From positions 928,001 through 992,000 of the forward strand of contig CBDCOH010000002.1 in the NCBI GenBank assembly GCA_965219685.1: a stretch of DNA of 64,000 bases. The letters run 5' to 3'. The DNA comes from Candidatus Spongiisociaceae bacterium (lineage in GTDB: Bacteria; Actinomycetota; Acidimicrobiia; Spongiisociales; Spongiisociaceae). Position 1 is the stretch's first letter, and the number at the start of each line of letters is the position of its first letter. Below are positions 50,612 to 60,025 of the stretch, one piece after another. Both the position numbers and the translations under genes were made by a program. The notes below the pieces were generated by a model. That model saw only the letters and a list, made by a program, of their open reading frames with translations. It made no database searches and was not told the DNA's origin.

Positions 50612-51535
50612 ATGTCCCAGGCTTCTCGCCGCTCCGGTCGCAGAACCATCTTCTCCACTGCTCCAGGAACACAACTCGGGCCGTTCGGGCTGGTCGAGTG
50701 GGCGCTCTTCGCCGGCGTGGCCCTCATCTGGGGATCCTCGTACCTGCTCATAGACATCAGCCTGGAAGGTCTGTCCCCGCTGGCCATCACCTGGGTGAGA
50801 GTGGTGTTCGGCCTCGCGGTCCTGGCGGCGTTTCCGGTCGCGCGCCGCCCGGTGGACGGGGCGGACTGGCGACGTATCCTCGTGCTGGCGATGACCTGGA
50901 ACACGATCCCGTTCATCCTCTTCCCGGTCGCCCAGCAGCACATCGACTCGGCCCTCGCCGGCATGTTGAACGCTCCGATACCGATCTACAGCTCGGTGAT
51001 CGCGGTGGTGCTGCTGCGCAGGCTCCCGCGTCTTGGCCAGACGGTGGGCATCTCGCTCGGTCTGGCGGGAGCGATCGGTATCGGCCTTCCCGCCGTCCGG
51101 GACTCGGCCGCCAGCTCGTTGGGCGTGCTGCTCGTGGTCACGGCGACCCTGCTCTACGGTCTGTCGATCAACCTGGCCGTGCCCCTCCAGCAACGCTACG
51201 GGGCTCCGGCGGTGATCATGCGTGCCCTGGCGGTGACGGCGGTCGTAACCATGCCGCTCGGGGTTGTCGGTCTGGCCGGGTCGGAGTGGAGGACGGGCTC
51301 GGTGGTTGCGGTGGCCGTGCTCGGCATCGTCAACACCGGCATGGCATACGTCATCATGGCCTCGTTGGTGGGGAGGGTTGGTCCGACTCGGGGCAGCGTG
51401 GCCGTGTACTGCCTGCCGATCGTGGCCATGGTCCTCGGAGTCATATTCCGCGACGAGATGATCCTGCCCATACAGGTAGCCGGAACGGGTCTGGTGCTCC
51501 TCGGCGCATGGCTAACCAGCCGGCGCGAGTTCTGA
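50612..51535 (+). CDS. DMT/EamA family transporter, paralog 2
   Basis: Paralogous to its neighbours; ATG 50612; 924 nt. Confidence 0.9.
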   Translation: MSQASRRSGRRTIFSTAPGTQLGPFGLVEWALFAGVALIWGSSYLLIDISLEGLSPLAITWVRVVFGLAVLAAFPVARRPVDGADWRRILVLAMTWNTIPFILFPVAQQHIDSALAGMLNAPIPIYSSVIAVVLLRRLPRLGQTVGISLGLAGAIGIGLPAVRDSAASSLGVLLVVTATLLYGLSINLAVPLQQRYGAPAVIMRALAVTAVVTMPLGVVGLAGSEWRTGSVVAVAVLGIVNTGMAYVIMASLVGRVGPTRGSVAVYCLPIVAMVLGVIFRDEMILPIQVAGTGLVLLGAWLTSRREF

Positions 51536-51536
51536 A

Positions 51537-51558
51537 CCGTCCGGCCGGGACGGGTTTT
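51537..51558 (+). terminator. Possible intrinsic terminator after EamA paralog 2
   Basis: CCGTCC-GGCCG-GGACGG followed by GTTTT. Confidence 0.4.
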
Positions 51559-51645
51559 CGGGTCGAGCACAGACCGACCCCGCCGGATCGGTCCGTTCCT
51601 TGTCGGAGTCGGGTGTGGGCTGTCCACCGCTACTCTCGTCCCCCG

Positions 51646-52569
51646 ATGTCCCGCGCCCCCCGCACGTCCGGCCGTACGCCGGTGCTCGCCGCCGCCCAAG
51701 GATCACGGCGCGGCGCCTTCGGGCCGGCCGAGTGGGCTCTGCTCACAGGCGTGGCGCTCATCTGGGGGTCGTCGTTCCTCCTCATCGAGATCAGTCTGGA
51801 GTCGGTGGCTCCGCCGACGATCACCTGGGGCAGGATCACGCTCGGCTTCCTGGTACTGGCGGCGTTTCCGGCAGCCCGGCGGCCCGTGGAGCGGTCGGAT
51901 TTCTGGCGCATCGGCCTGCTTGGGATCACATGGGTGTTCATTCCGTTCCTGGTGTTTCCCATCGCCCAGCAGCACATCGACTCGGCTCTGGCGGGGATGC
52001 TGAACGCCACCGTTCCGATCTTCAGCACATCCGTCGCCATCGTCCTGGCCCGCTCCCTCCCCCGCCTGCGCCAAGCGGTCGGCATAGCTCTCGGCTTCGT
52101 CGGGGCGGTCAGCGTCGGTATCCCCGCCGCCCATGACTCGTCGGCTGCTGCCTTGGGCATAGTCATGGTGGTTGCGGCCACATTCTTCTACGGCCTCTCC
52201 TTAAACGTGGCCGTCCCGCTGCAACAGCGCTACGGGGCGCCCGCCGTGATGATGCGGGCTATCGGTGTGGCTGCCGTTGCCACCGCGCCCCTGGGCCTCG
52301 CCGGCATCGCAGACTCGCAATGGAGCACCGGCCCCGTTCTGGCGGTGATGGTGCTGGGGGTGATCAACACCGGCGCCGCGTTCGTGATAATGACGGCCTT
52401 CGTGGGAAGGGTCGGTCCCACCCGGGGAAGCGTGGCCATCTATTTCACTCCCATCGTCGCCATGGTGCTGGGGATGGTGTTCCGGTCGGAGGTCATCCTT
52501 CCCCTGCAGTGGGTCGGAACCGGGGTCGTGCTGTTCGGTGCATGGCTCGCCAGCCGGCGCGAGTCGTGA
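51646..52569 (+). CDS. DMT/EamA family transporter, paralog 3
   Basis: Paralogous; ATG 51646; 924 nt. Confidence 0.9.
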   Translation: MSRAPRTSGRTPVLAAAQGSRRGAFGPAEWALLTGVALIWGSSFLLIEISLESVAPPTITWGRITLGFLVLAAFPAARRPVERSDFWRIGLLGITWVFIPFLVFPIAQQHIDSALAGMLNATVPIFSTSVAIVLARSLPRLRQAVGIALGFVGAVSVGIPAAHDSSAAALGIVMVVAATFFYGLSLNVAVPLQQRYGAPAVMMRAIGVAAVATAPLGLAGIADSQWSTGPVLAVMVLGVINTGAAFVIMTAFVGRVGPTRGSVAIYFTPIVAMVLGMVFRSEVILPLQWVGTGVVLFGAWLASRRES

Positions 52570-52602
52570 GTCGCGGCGTCGATGAGGCGCTATGTTCCGT
52601 CC

Positions 52603-53526
52603 ATGCCCGATCCCTCCCGAAGCGCACGCCACAGACCGCTGCTGTCCACGGCTCGGGGATCGAGGGTCGGGAGCTTCGGGCCCGCCGAGTGGGCTCTGCT
52701 CGTCGGTTCGGTGCTCACCTGGGGGTCGTCGTTCCTCCTGATCGAGATCAGCCTGGAGTCGGTGGCGCCGCCGACGATCACCTGGGTGAGGATCACGCTG
52801 GGTTTCCTCGTCTTGACCCTTATCCCGGTAGCCCGCAGACCGGTGGAGCGGTCCGACTACCGGCGCGTCGCCCTGCTGGGGATCACATGGCTGGCCGTGC
52901 CTTTCCTCATCTTCCCGATAGCCCAGCAGCACATCGACTCGGCTCTGGCCGGGATGCTGATCGCCATGGTTCCGATCTTCAGCACCTCCATCGCCACCGT
53001 GCTCATGCGGTCGCTCCCCCGGCTCCGCCAGGCGGTCGGCATTGGGCTCGGCTTCGTCGGGGCGATCAGCATCGGCCTCCCGGCCGCCCGTGGTTCGTCG
53101 GCCGCTGCCTGGGGCGTGCTGCTGGTGGTTCTTGCGACCTTCTTCCACGGCATCTCCCTCAACCTGGCGGTCCCCCTCCAGCAGCGGTACGGGGCGCCCG
53201 CCGTGATGATGCGGGCGATCGGCGTGGCGGCCGTCGCCACCGCGCCCTTCGGCCTAGCGGGACTCGCCGCCTCACAGTGGGCCACCGGTCCGGTCCTCGC
53301 AGTGATCGTGCTCGGAGTGACCAATACCGGTGGCGCGTTCGTGCTCATGACTGCCTTCTTGGGCAGGGTGGGTTCCACCCGTGGCGGTGTTGCCGTCTAC
53401 CTCGTCCCGATCCTCGCCATGGTGCTGGGGATGGTGTTCCGGTCTGAGGTCATCGTCCCCGTCCAGTGGGTCGGGACCGCGATCGTGCTGTTCGGTGCAT
53501 GGCTCGCCAGCCGCCGCGAGTCCTGA
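52603..53526 (+). CDS. DMT/EamA family transporter, paralog 4
   Basis: Paralogous; ATG 52603; 924 nt. Confidence 0.9.
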   Translation: MPDPSRSARHRPLLSTARGSRVGSFGPAEWALLVGSVLTWGSSFLLIEISLESVAPPTITWVRITLGFLVLTLIPVARRPVERSDYRRVALLGITWLAVPFLIFPIAQQHIDSALAGMLIAMVPIFSTSIATVLMRSLPRLRQAVGIGLGFVGAISIGLPAARGSSAAAWGVLLVVLATFFHGISLNLAVPLQQRYGAPAVMMRAIGVAAVATAPFGLAGLAASQWATGPVLAVIVLGVTNTGGAFVLMTAFLGRVGSTRGGVAVYLVPILAMVLGMVFRSEVIVPVQWVGTAIVLFGAWLASRRES

Positions 53527-53635
53527 GCCGCCGGGCCGGGGCGAGCTGTCCGGCCGGACGCGGTGACAAGTCGCACAGGCACGACTGTTCGACCTCGGTG
53601 TGGGCATGGAGCGGCCCGGCTACTCTCGTCTCTCC

Positions 53636-54559
53636 ATGTCTCAGGGTTCCCGCCGCTCCGACCACCGTCGTGTACTCTCCACCGCTCGGGGATCGAAGCT
53701 CGGACCCTTCGGGCTGGTCGAGTGGGCGTTGCTCTCCGGTGTCGCTCTCCTCTGGGGTTCGGCGTTCCTCCTCATCGAGATAGGCCTGGAATCGCTGGCG
53801 CCGGCGACTATCACCTGGGGAAGGATCACGCTCGGGTTCCTGGTCCTGGCGGCCTTTCCGGTAGCTCGCAGGCCGATCGAACGGAGCGACTATCCGCGTG
53901 TGGTGTTGCTGGGGATCACCTGGGTTGGAGTACCGTTCCTGCTGTTCCCGATAGCGCAGCAGCACATCGACTCGGCTCTGGCCGGGATGTTGAACGGCAT
54001 GGTCCCGATCTTCAGCGCTTCGATAGCGATGGTCCTGATGCGCTCGATCCCCCGGATGCCGCAGACGGTCGGTATCGCGCTCGGCGTCGCCGGGGCGATC
54101 AGCATCAGCCTCCCGGTCGTCCGTGAGTCGGCCGCCGGCACTTGGGGGGTGCTCCTCATAGTGATGGCGAACCTCCTCTACGGCGTCTCCCACAACCTGG
54201 TGGTCCCACTCCAGCAACGCTACGGCGCCCCCGCCGTGATGATGCGGGCGATCGGCGTAGCGGCCGTCGCCACCGCACCGTTCGGCCTAGCCGGCCTGAC
54301 CGACTCGCAATGGAGCATCGTCCCGGTCATGGCGGTGGTCATGATGGGAGTCATCCACACCGGCGCCGCCTTCGTGCTCATGACAGCCCTCGTCGGAAGG
54401 GTTGGAGCGACGCGAGGCGGCGTGGCGATCTACTTCATTCCGATCGTCGCCATGGTCCTCGGCGTCGTGTTCCGTTCGGAGGTCGTTCTCCCCTTGCAGT
54501 GGGCAGGAACCGCGGTGGTGCTTCTCGGCGCATGGCTCACGAGCCGCCGCGAGGCCTGA
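53636..54559 (+). CDS. DMT/EamA family transporter, paralog 5
   Basis: Paralogous; ATG 53636; 924 nt. Confidence 0.9.
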   Translation: MSQGSRRSDHRRVLSTARGSKLGPFGLVEWALLSGVALLWGSAFLLIEIGLESLAPATITWGRITLGFLVLAAFPVARRPIERSDYPRVVLLGITWVGVPFLLFPIAQQHIDSALAGMLNGMVPIFSASIAMVLMRSIPRMPQTVGIALGVAGAISISLPVVRESAAGTWGVLLIVMANLLYGVSHNLVVPLQQRYGAPAVMMRAIGVAAVATAPFGLAGLTDSQWSIVPVMAVVMMGVIHTGAAFVLMTALVGRVGATRGGVAIYFIPIVAMVLGVVFRSEVVLPLQWAGTAVVLLGAWLTSRREA

Positions 54560-54707
54560 GGGGCTGCAACCGGGAGCACCCGGGTTGGTAGCCTCGTAGT
54601 GGTGCGCACTGCCAACCGCGACGAGGTCTGACCTCGGGGTGGGCACGCCCCGCTGATCAAGAGGGTTTTCGGTGGTGGACGGCCGGCTCTCACTACAGTG
54701 AGTTCGC

Positions 54708-55502
54708 GTGGCGCTAGAGAGAACGGCGGATCCTTCCCCTTCGGCCGAGGACGAATTCGGGATGACCATCGACGAACTTGCCGCCGAGGCGGGAGTCCCC
54801 ACCTCAACGGTGCAGTTCTACGAGAAAAGGGGACTGCTCCCGCCCCCGCGCCGCGAGGACGGGACTGGTTACTACAGCACCGAGCACCGCGAGCGCCTCC
54901 GGCTAATCGCCCACCTGGATGAGCGCGGGTTCTCCCCGGTCGCCATCAAGCAGACGCTGGACCGCTGGACGGAAGACCGCTCCATTGCCCACCTGCTGGG
55001 CGTCGGCCAGACCGCTCCGGGCTTCGCGCGTACGCCCGTGCGGATGTCGCCCGAGGAGTTCGCCGAACGATTCGCGGGAGTGGACATCACCCAGGAAGAC
55101 ATCCAGAGGGCCGTGCGGGTCGGTTTGGTCGACTTCGACGGGACCGAGATATCGATGTCGAACGAGGCCTTCCTCGACCTCGGCGGGGCGGTGGCGCGGA
55201 TGGGGATTCCCGTGTCGGAGATCCTCGACGAGCACGAGGCTCTGATCGTTGCCGTCGACGGCATAGCCGAGCGATTCCGCGACGTCTTCCACCGGCACTT
55301 CTGGGAACCGTACGTCAGCAGGGGGATGCCCGCCGATGAGATGCCCTCCCTGACGGCCGCCGTCAACCAACTCACCGAGCTCGCCGTCAGCGTCGTGGTC
55401 GCCGAACTCCATGAACGTTTCAAAGCCTTCGTTGAGAAATACCTGGCCGGGGCTGCGGAGTCGGTCGTTACAGGACGTCTGGATCACAGCGATGGACGAT
55501 GA
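54708..55502 (+). CDS. MerR family transcriptional regulator
   Basis: MTIDELAAEAGVPTSTVQFYEKRGLLPPPRR...Y...HRERLRLI. Start 54708 or 54762. Confidence 0.9.
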   Translation: MALERTADPSPSAEDEFGMTIDELAAEAGVPTSTVQFYEKRGLLPPPRREDGTGYYSTEHRERLRLIAHLDERGFSPVAIKQTLDRWTEDRSIAHLLGVGQTAPGFARTPVRMSPEEFAERFAGVDITQEDIQRAVRVGLVDFDGTEISMSNEAFLDLGGAVARMGIPVSEILDEHEALIVAVDGIAERFRDVFHRHFWEPYVSRGMPADEMPSLTAAVNQLTELAVSVVVAELHERFKAFVEKYLAGAAESVVTGRLDHSDGR

Positions 55503-55655
55503 AGGCTCTCAGGAGACCGCGACCTCGGCTCTACACGGCGAGGTCCGCATCGAACACGACAGCAGCACGCAGTGACGGACCCAGCAGCACGTTGGCGGGC
55601 TTGGTCATACGATGACTCGAGCCTCCTGCGCGGCTCGGCCGATCCGGGCTGGTTG

Positions 55656-55982
55656 CTAACGCTCCGCCTTTCGGTCTTCTCCGACTCTCTTTGACACGAC
55701 CGTATAGTCCGACTCGATCAGTTCTCGGAAGCTCTCGGGAGTGCTGTGCCAGTCGAGCACGTCAACGGTGATCGGTAGGTCGGACTCCTCGAACGCGTCT
55801 TGGAGCTTGCCGAGCACTCGCCAGTCCAGCGGTTCGTCACCGACGATGGCGAGGTCGAGGTCGGAGTACTCACGAGCCGTCCACTTCGCTCGCGAGCCGA
55901 ACGCGCGGACCTCGCAGCCCGGTACGTGCACGGCCAGTATCTGCTGCACCTCTTCCAGGTGATGCGGCTTCAGGTCAATCAT
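55656..55982 (-). CDS. Minimal nucleotidyltransferase (MNT, HI0073-like)
   Basis: AFGSRA...YSDLDLAI...VDVLD motif; ATG 55982 overlaps the upstream gene. Confidence 0.88.
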   Translation of the reverse strand: MIDLKPHHLEEVQQILAVHVPGCEVRAFGSRAKWTAREYSDLDLAIVGDEPLDWRVLGKLQDAFEESDLPITVDVLDWHSTPESFRELIESDYTVVSKRVGEDRKAER

Positions 55983-56427
55983 TCGACCCTTCGAGAGTTG
56001 CCAGTAGCTGCCGGGATGCTCGGAGGAATGCCGGAACCTCACCGTAAACCCTATCGGCTATCTCCTTCTTGTATGTGTGAGAGGTCAGGTTCCTCGCGTA
56101 CGTGTACTCCATCCAGCCTTGGGGATCGTGGATCAAACCCTCCCGTGCGGCGATCCGGAAGACCTGACGTCGAGTCGCGCCGACCATGACGGACGGGTCG
56201 CGATTCTCCTGGAGCCACCGCTTGATGGAGTTCCAGCTCAGCTCGTAGGTGAACTCGAAGTACTGGATCACGCCGGCTCGAAGGCCATTCCGTTCGACTT
56301 TGGTGAATTGCTCCATGCGTCGGTGATCTTCACCTACCGCCAGGAGATCGCCGAGCGCCTCGATAGCTTTGCGAAGGCCGTCCAGTTCCAATGTCACGGT
56401 CCTTACCTCCACCTTCAAGTTCGACAT
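55975..56427 (-). CDS. HEPN / nucleotidyltransferase substrate-binding protein (HI0074-like)
   Basis: GVIQYFEFTYELSW and RNLTSHTY (RxxxxH). Confidence 0.88.
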   Translation of the reverse strand: MSNLKVEVRTVTLELDGLRKAIEALGDLLAVGEDHRRMEQFTKVERNGLRAGVIQYFEFTYELSWNSIKRWLQENRDPSVMVGATRRQVFRIAAREGLIHDPQGWMEYTYARNLTSHTYKKEIADRVYGEVPAFLRASRQLLATLEGSND

Positions 56428-56574
56428 TGCGACCTCCCAATCGTGCCATACGACTGAGGCATGGACGAACGCCTGGTCTTCCGCCGAGGCCCGGCGAGGC
56501 GTCTATGGGTCGCAGGTTCCGTTGTTGCCCGGTTCTGGGTTGTATGTTGGGCGGTGTTAGCGTACAACACATGA

Positions 56575-56776
56575 GTGACTATTCACTCGTGTCATCGTGG
56601 CTTGCGGAGGATGATCGATGACGACGATCCCCGGCCGCTCTCTCACCGCAGATGGCGTTCCGTATCGAGAATGCCTTCGGCATCAGCATGGACATGCTGC
56701 TGCGGAGCAAGCCTGGTATGACACAGCGTGGGCAGCGGCACATGACGTCGGGGTCGATCGCCACCAACCTGTCTGA
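56575..56776 (+). pseudogene. higBA: Collapsed higB-higA toxin-antitoxin remnant
   Basis: HRGLRRMIDDDDP (HigB-like N-terminus) is joined to AALSPQMAFRIENAFGISMDMLLR, then a 1-nt frameshift, then QAWYDT...VDRHQPV* (HigA-like C-terminus). Inverted repeat GTGTT-N7-AACAC at 56554-56570. Confidence 0.65.
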
Positions 56777-56927
56777 GGGTTTCTCCGCAGTTGCCTTGTC
56801 CCGTGGCGCTCAGCCACCCCGCCCACCCTTGCGCTAGCGTACGGACCTCTGGGGTTTCCGATGAGTTTCCCGCCGGTGGACGGGGAAGAAGGTGGTTGAG
56901 ATGGTCGTTCTCGAAGAGAAGCGAAGT

Positions 56928-58325
56928 GTGGACAGCCGGACCGGGGAGGCTCCCCCCGCCACGCTCGCCGAGCAGGCGGGCGTCTGGGTCGCCGGGCTGA
57001 GGTACGAGGACATCCCGTCGCCGGTGATCGAGCGGGCCAAGGCGCTGGCGCTGGACTGCTTCGGGCTGGCGCTGGTCGCGGCCGACACGCCGGTGCCGGT
57101 GACCGGGAGGCGGGCCTTGGAGGCTATGGGAGGGGCAAGTGGTGGTCCGAGCACCGTCCTGGCGACGGGTGAGCGGCTCACGGCTCGGGACGCGGCCTTC
57201 CTGAACGGCCTCGCGGTCGGCGGGCTCGACTGGGACGACACCCATCTTGAAGGGGCCTTCCACGTGAGTGCCGGGGCGTTCCCAGCGGTGCTGGCAGTGG
57301 CCGAGGCGCGGGGTTGCAGCGGGCGGGAGTTCCTGGCGGCCTACGTCGTGGCTCTCGAGGTGGCGTGCCGGGCGGCGGCCGCGGCCCGGGACGGGATCCA
57401 CCAGGCGGGGTTCGCGCCCACCGGGGTGGCGCCTCCGTTCGGATGTGCGGCTGCAACGGCCTTGCTGCTGGGGGGCGGCGCGTTGGAGATCGCGTACGCG
57501 CAGGGGATCGCCGGGAGCACGGCGGCGGGGCTGCTGGAGTTCCTGGCGGACGGTGCCTGGACGAAGAACATCCACGGAGCCTGGTCGGCGCACGGCGGCG
57601 TGTCGGCCGGATACCTGGCCATGGCCGGGTTCAGCGGTCCCTTGACCGTCTACGAGGGCGAGTTCGGCCTCTACCAGACCCACCTGCGGGATCCGGAGGG
57701 CGAGTTGGACTCCCAGTACTTCGGGACCCTCGGGTCTAAGTGGGAGACCTTGGAGACGGCGGCCAAGCAGTACCCGGTGTGCCACTTCAGCCAGGCGTTC
57801 CTCAAGGGCTGGTTCAAGCTGTCCGAACGGCACGGGATCGGGCCGGGGAACATCCGGGTGATCACCTGCCGGGCGCCGGACGGGGTCATTCCCACCATCT
57901 GCGAACCGCGGGGACGGCGAGACGCGCCGCTGAATCCTCACGACGCTCAGGAGAGCCTGCCCTATGTCCTCGCCGCCGCCATCCTGAGCGGGGAGATCAC
58001 CGAACGTCAGCTGACCGATGAGATGGTGCGGGACGCCGACGTCCTGTCGCTGGCGCGCTCGATCCGCTACGAGCGGTACCCGGAGAGCCTCTTCCCCGAC
58101 TCCTACGACGGGGAGATCGTCATCGAGACGACGGACGGCCGGGTCGTCAGCAGCCGGGACGAAGCGGGTCGGATGGAAGTGGAGGAAATAGAGGCCAAGT
58201 TCCTGGTCAATGCCGAGCGAGCGGTGGGCCGCAGTCGGGGCAACGCCATCCACGAGGCGGTCATGTCCCTCGACGACGCCGGGTCGCTCCGCGGGCTCAT
58301 CGACCTGGTAACCGGCGCCGCATGA
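56928..58325 (+). CDS. MmgE/PrpD family protein
   Basis: LDCFG, NG.A...LDWDDTH, GAWTKNIHG and KQYPVCH. Start uncertain (56892-56928). Confidence 0.9.
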   Translation: MDSRTGEAPPATLAEQAGVWVAGLRYEDIPSPVIERAKALALDCFGLALVAADTPVPVTGRRALEAMGGASGGPSTVLATGERLTARDAAFLNGLAVGGLDWDDTHLEGAFHVSAGAFPAVLAVAEARGCSGREFLAAYVVALEVACRAAAAARDGIHQAGFAPTGVAPPFGCAAATALLLGGGALEIAYAQGIAGSTAAGLLEFLADGAWTKNIHGAWSAHGGVSAGYLAMAGFSGPLTVYEGEFGLYQTHLRDPEGELDSQYFGTLGSKWETLETAAKQYPVCHFSQAFLKGWFKLSERHGIGPGNIRVITCRAPDGVIPTICEPRGRRDAPLNPHDAQESLPYVLAAAILSGEITERQLTDEMVRDADVLSLARSIRYERYPESLFPDSYDGEIVIETTDGRVVSSRDEAGRMEVEEIEAKFLVNAERAVGRSRGNAIHEAVMSLDDAGSLRGLIDLVTGAA

Positions 58326-60025
58326 GCGGCGCCGCAATCGATCCGATCACCCTGGCGGTCCTCGAAGGAAGCCTCCAGTCGGCGATCCGCGAGATGCGCC
58401 ACGTGCTGGTGCGGTCGGGCCGGTCGCCGATCATCGCCATCTCCACCGACTTCTCCAACTCGATCCTCGACGCATCAGGCGAGCAGGTGGTGCAGGGCGA
58501 CGACCAGCCGGTTCATCTCGGCTCCATGCAGGTGGCCCTCAAGGAGACCATCCGCTTCTTCGCCGACGACCTCGCCGAGGGGGATGTCATCTACGTGAAC
58601 GACCCCACCTACGGCGGGGGCCATCAGGCCGACATGACCATGTTCAAACCGGTGTTCATCGACGGTGAGCTGTTCGCCTGGGTGGGCAACCGGGCCCACG
58701 TGTCCGACTCGGGTGGCCCGGTCGCGGGGGGTTACAACCCGCTGGCCAGGGAGATCTACGCCGAGGGCATCCGGATGTGCCCCATCAAGATCTACGAGAG
58801 GGGCAAGATCCGGCGGGACCTGGTGACCATGCTTCTCCTCAACCTGCGGACGCCCGACGCCCACCGGGGTGACATGGGCGCCCAGATGGGAGCTCTAGGC
58901 GTGGCGGAGCGGCGCATCCGCGAGCTCCACCGGTCGATGGGCGCCGAGCGCCTCCGGGCCGGGTTCGCCGCCCTCCTCGACCGCGGCGAGGAACTGGCCC
59001 GCCAGGCCATCGCCGAGATCGACGACGGTACGTACCGGGGGCACTCCGCCATGGAGGACCCAAGGGGCGGCCCTCCCCTGGACATCAACTGCGCCATCGC
59101 CGTGGAAGGTGACCGGATACGGGTTGACCTGAGAGGGTCTCCCCAGATCAACCGCTACTTCAACAGCTACTTCGGCAACTCCATCTCGGCCATTTACGCC
59201 GGGATGCTGACCGTGTTCCCCACCAACATCCCCCACAACGGGGGCGTGTACCGCTGTATCGACATCGACCTCGGCGAGAGGGGCACGATCGTCAACGCGG
59301 TGGAGCCGTCCCCCTCCTCGATGGCCACGTCCACCCCCTTCGACAACATCATGGAGGCAGTGGAGGCGTGCCTGGCCGCGGCGGTCCCGGAACGGGCGGT
59401 GGCCGGTTGGTCTCACTTCTGCGGGTCCACCTTCGCCGGGCTGGACACCCGTACCGGAGAGCGCTTCTCGCACCTGTCCACCATGTCGGGTATAGGCGGG
59501 GCGGGGGCGATGTGGGAGACCGACGGCTGGTCGTGCTGCAGCCCGCAGTGCACGTTCGGCGGGATGCGCACCGGCAACGTGGAGGAGATCGAGTTCCGCA
59601 TCCCGATGCGCATCAACCGCTTCGAGTTGGCCCCAGACACCGAAGGTCCCGGGGAATGGCGCGGCGGATTCGGGATGGCCCTGGAGATGGAACCCCTCGA
59701 GCCGGGCACGGTGGTGAGCTTCATCGGCGAAGGTTTGGAGATACCGCCTCCAGGGCGGTTCGTGCCCGACGCCTACGACGATTCCCGGGCGGTGTTCTCC
59801 CGCTCGATCAGGGGCCAGGACGGGGTGGTGCGACCGATTGTCCCCCACAGCGTCGTGGACCTCGACCCGGGGACCGCGCTGGTGAGCACCAGCCCCGGCG
59901 GCGGCGGGATCGGCGATCCCCGGCTGCGGGACCGCGCGGCGGTGGCCCGCGACGTGGACAACGAGTTGATCAGCCCCGAGCGGGCCTCCCGCGTCTACGG
60001 CTACGAGGGCGGCGAGGATGGCTGA
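58322..60025 (+). CDS. Hydantoinase B/oxoprolinase family protein
   Basis: DPITLAVL, PVHLGSM, NDPTYGGGHQAD, EIYAEG, GPGEWRGG and PGGGGIGDP. Confidence 0.92.
   Translation: MSGAAIDPITLAVLEGSLQSAIREMRHVLVRSGRSPIIAISTDFSNSILDASGEQVVQGDDQPVHLGSMQVALKETIRFFADDLAEGDVIYVNDPTYGGGHQADMTMFKPVFIDGELFAWVGNRAHVSDSGGPVAGGYNPLAREIYAEGIRMCPIKIYERGKIRRDLVTMLLLNLRTPDAHRGDMGAQMGALGVAERRIRELHRSMGAERLRAGFAALLDRGEELARQAIAEIDDGTYRGHSAMEDPRGGPPLDINCAIAVEGDRIRVDLRGSPQINRYFNSYFGNSISAIYAGMLTVFPTNIPHNGGVYRCIDIDLGERGTIVNAVEPSPSSMATSTPFDNIMEAVEACLAAAVPERAVAGWSHFCGSTFAGLDTRTGERFSHLSTMSGIGGAGAMWETDGWSCCSPQCTFGGMRTGNVEEIEFRIPMRINRFELAPDTEGPGEWRGGFGMALEMEPLEPGTVVSFIGEGLEIPPPGRFVPDAYDDSRAVFSRSIRGQDGVVRPIVPHSVVDLDPGTALVSTSPGGGGIGDPRLRDRAAVARDVDNELISPERASRVYGYEGGEDG

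Noticed and set aside
49658-52569. 625-aa and 703-aa ORFs suggesting fused or frameshifted EamA proteins
   Set aside because: The upstream parts are Arg/Gly/Pro-rich off-frame translations of the previous paralog, a high-GC artefact; each paralog has its own 924-nt frame.
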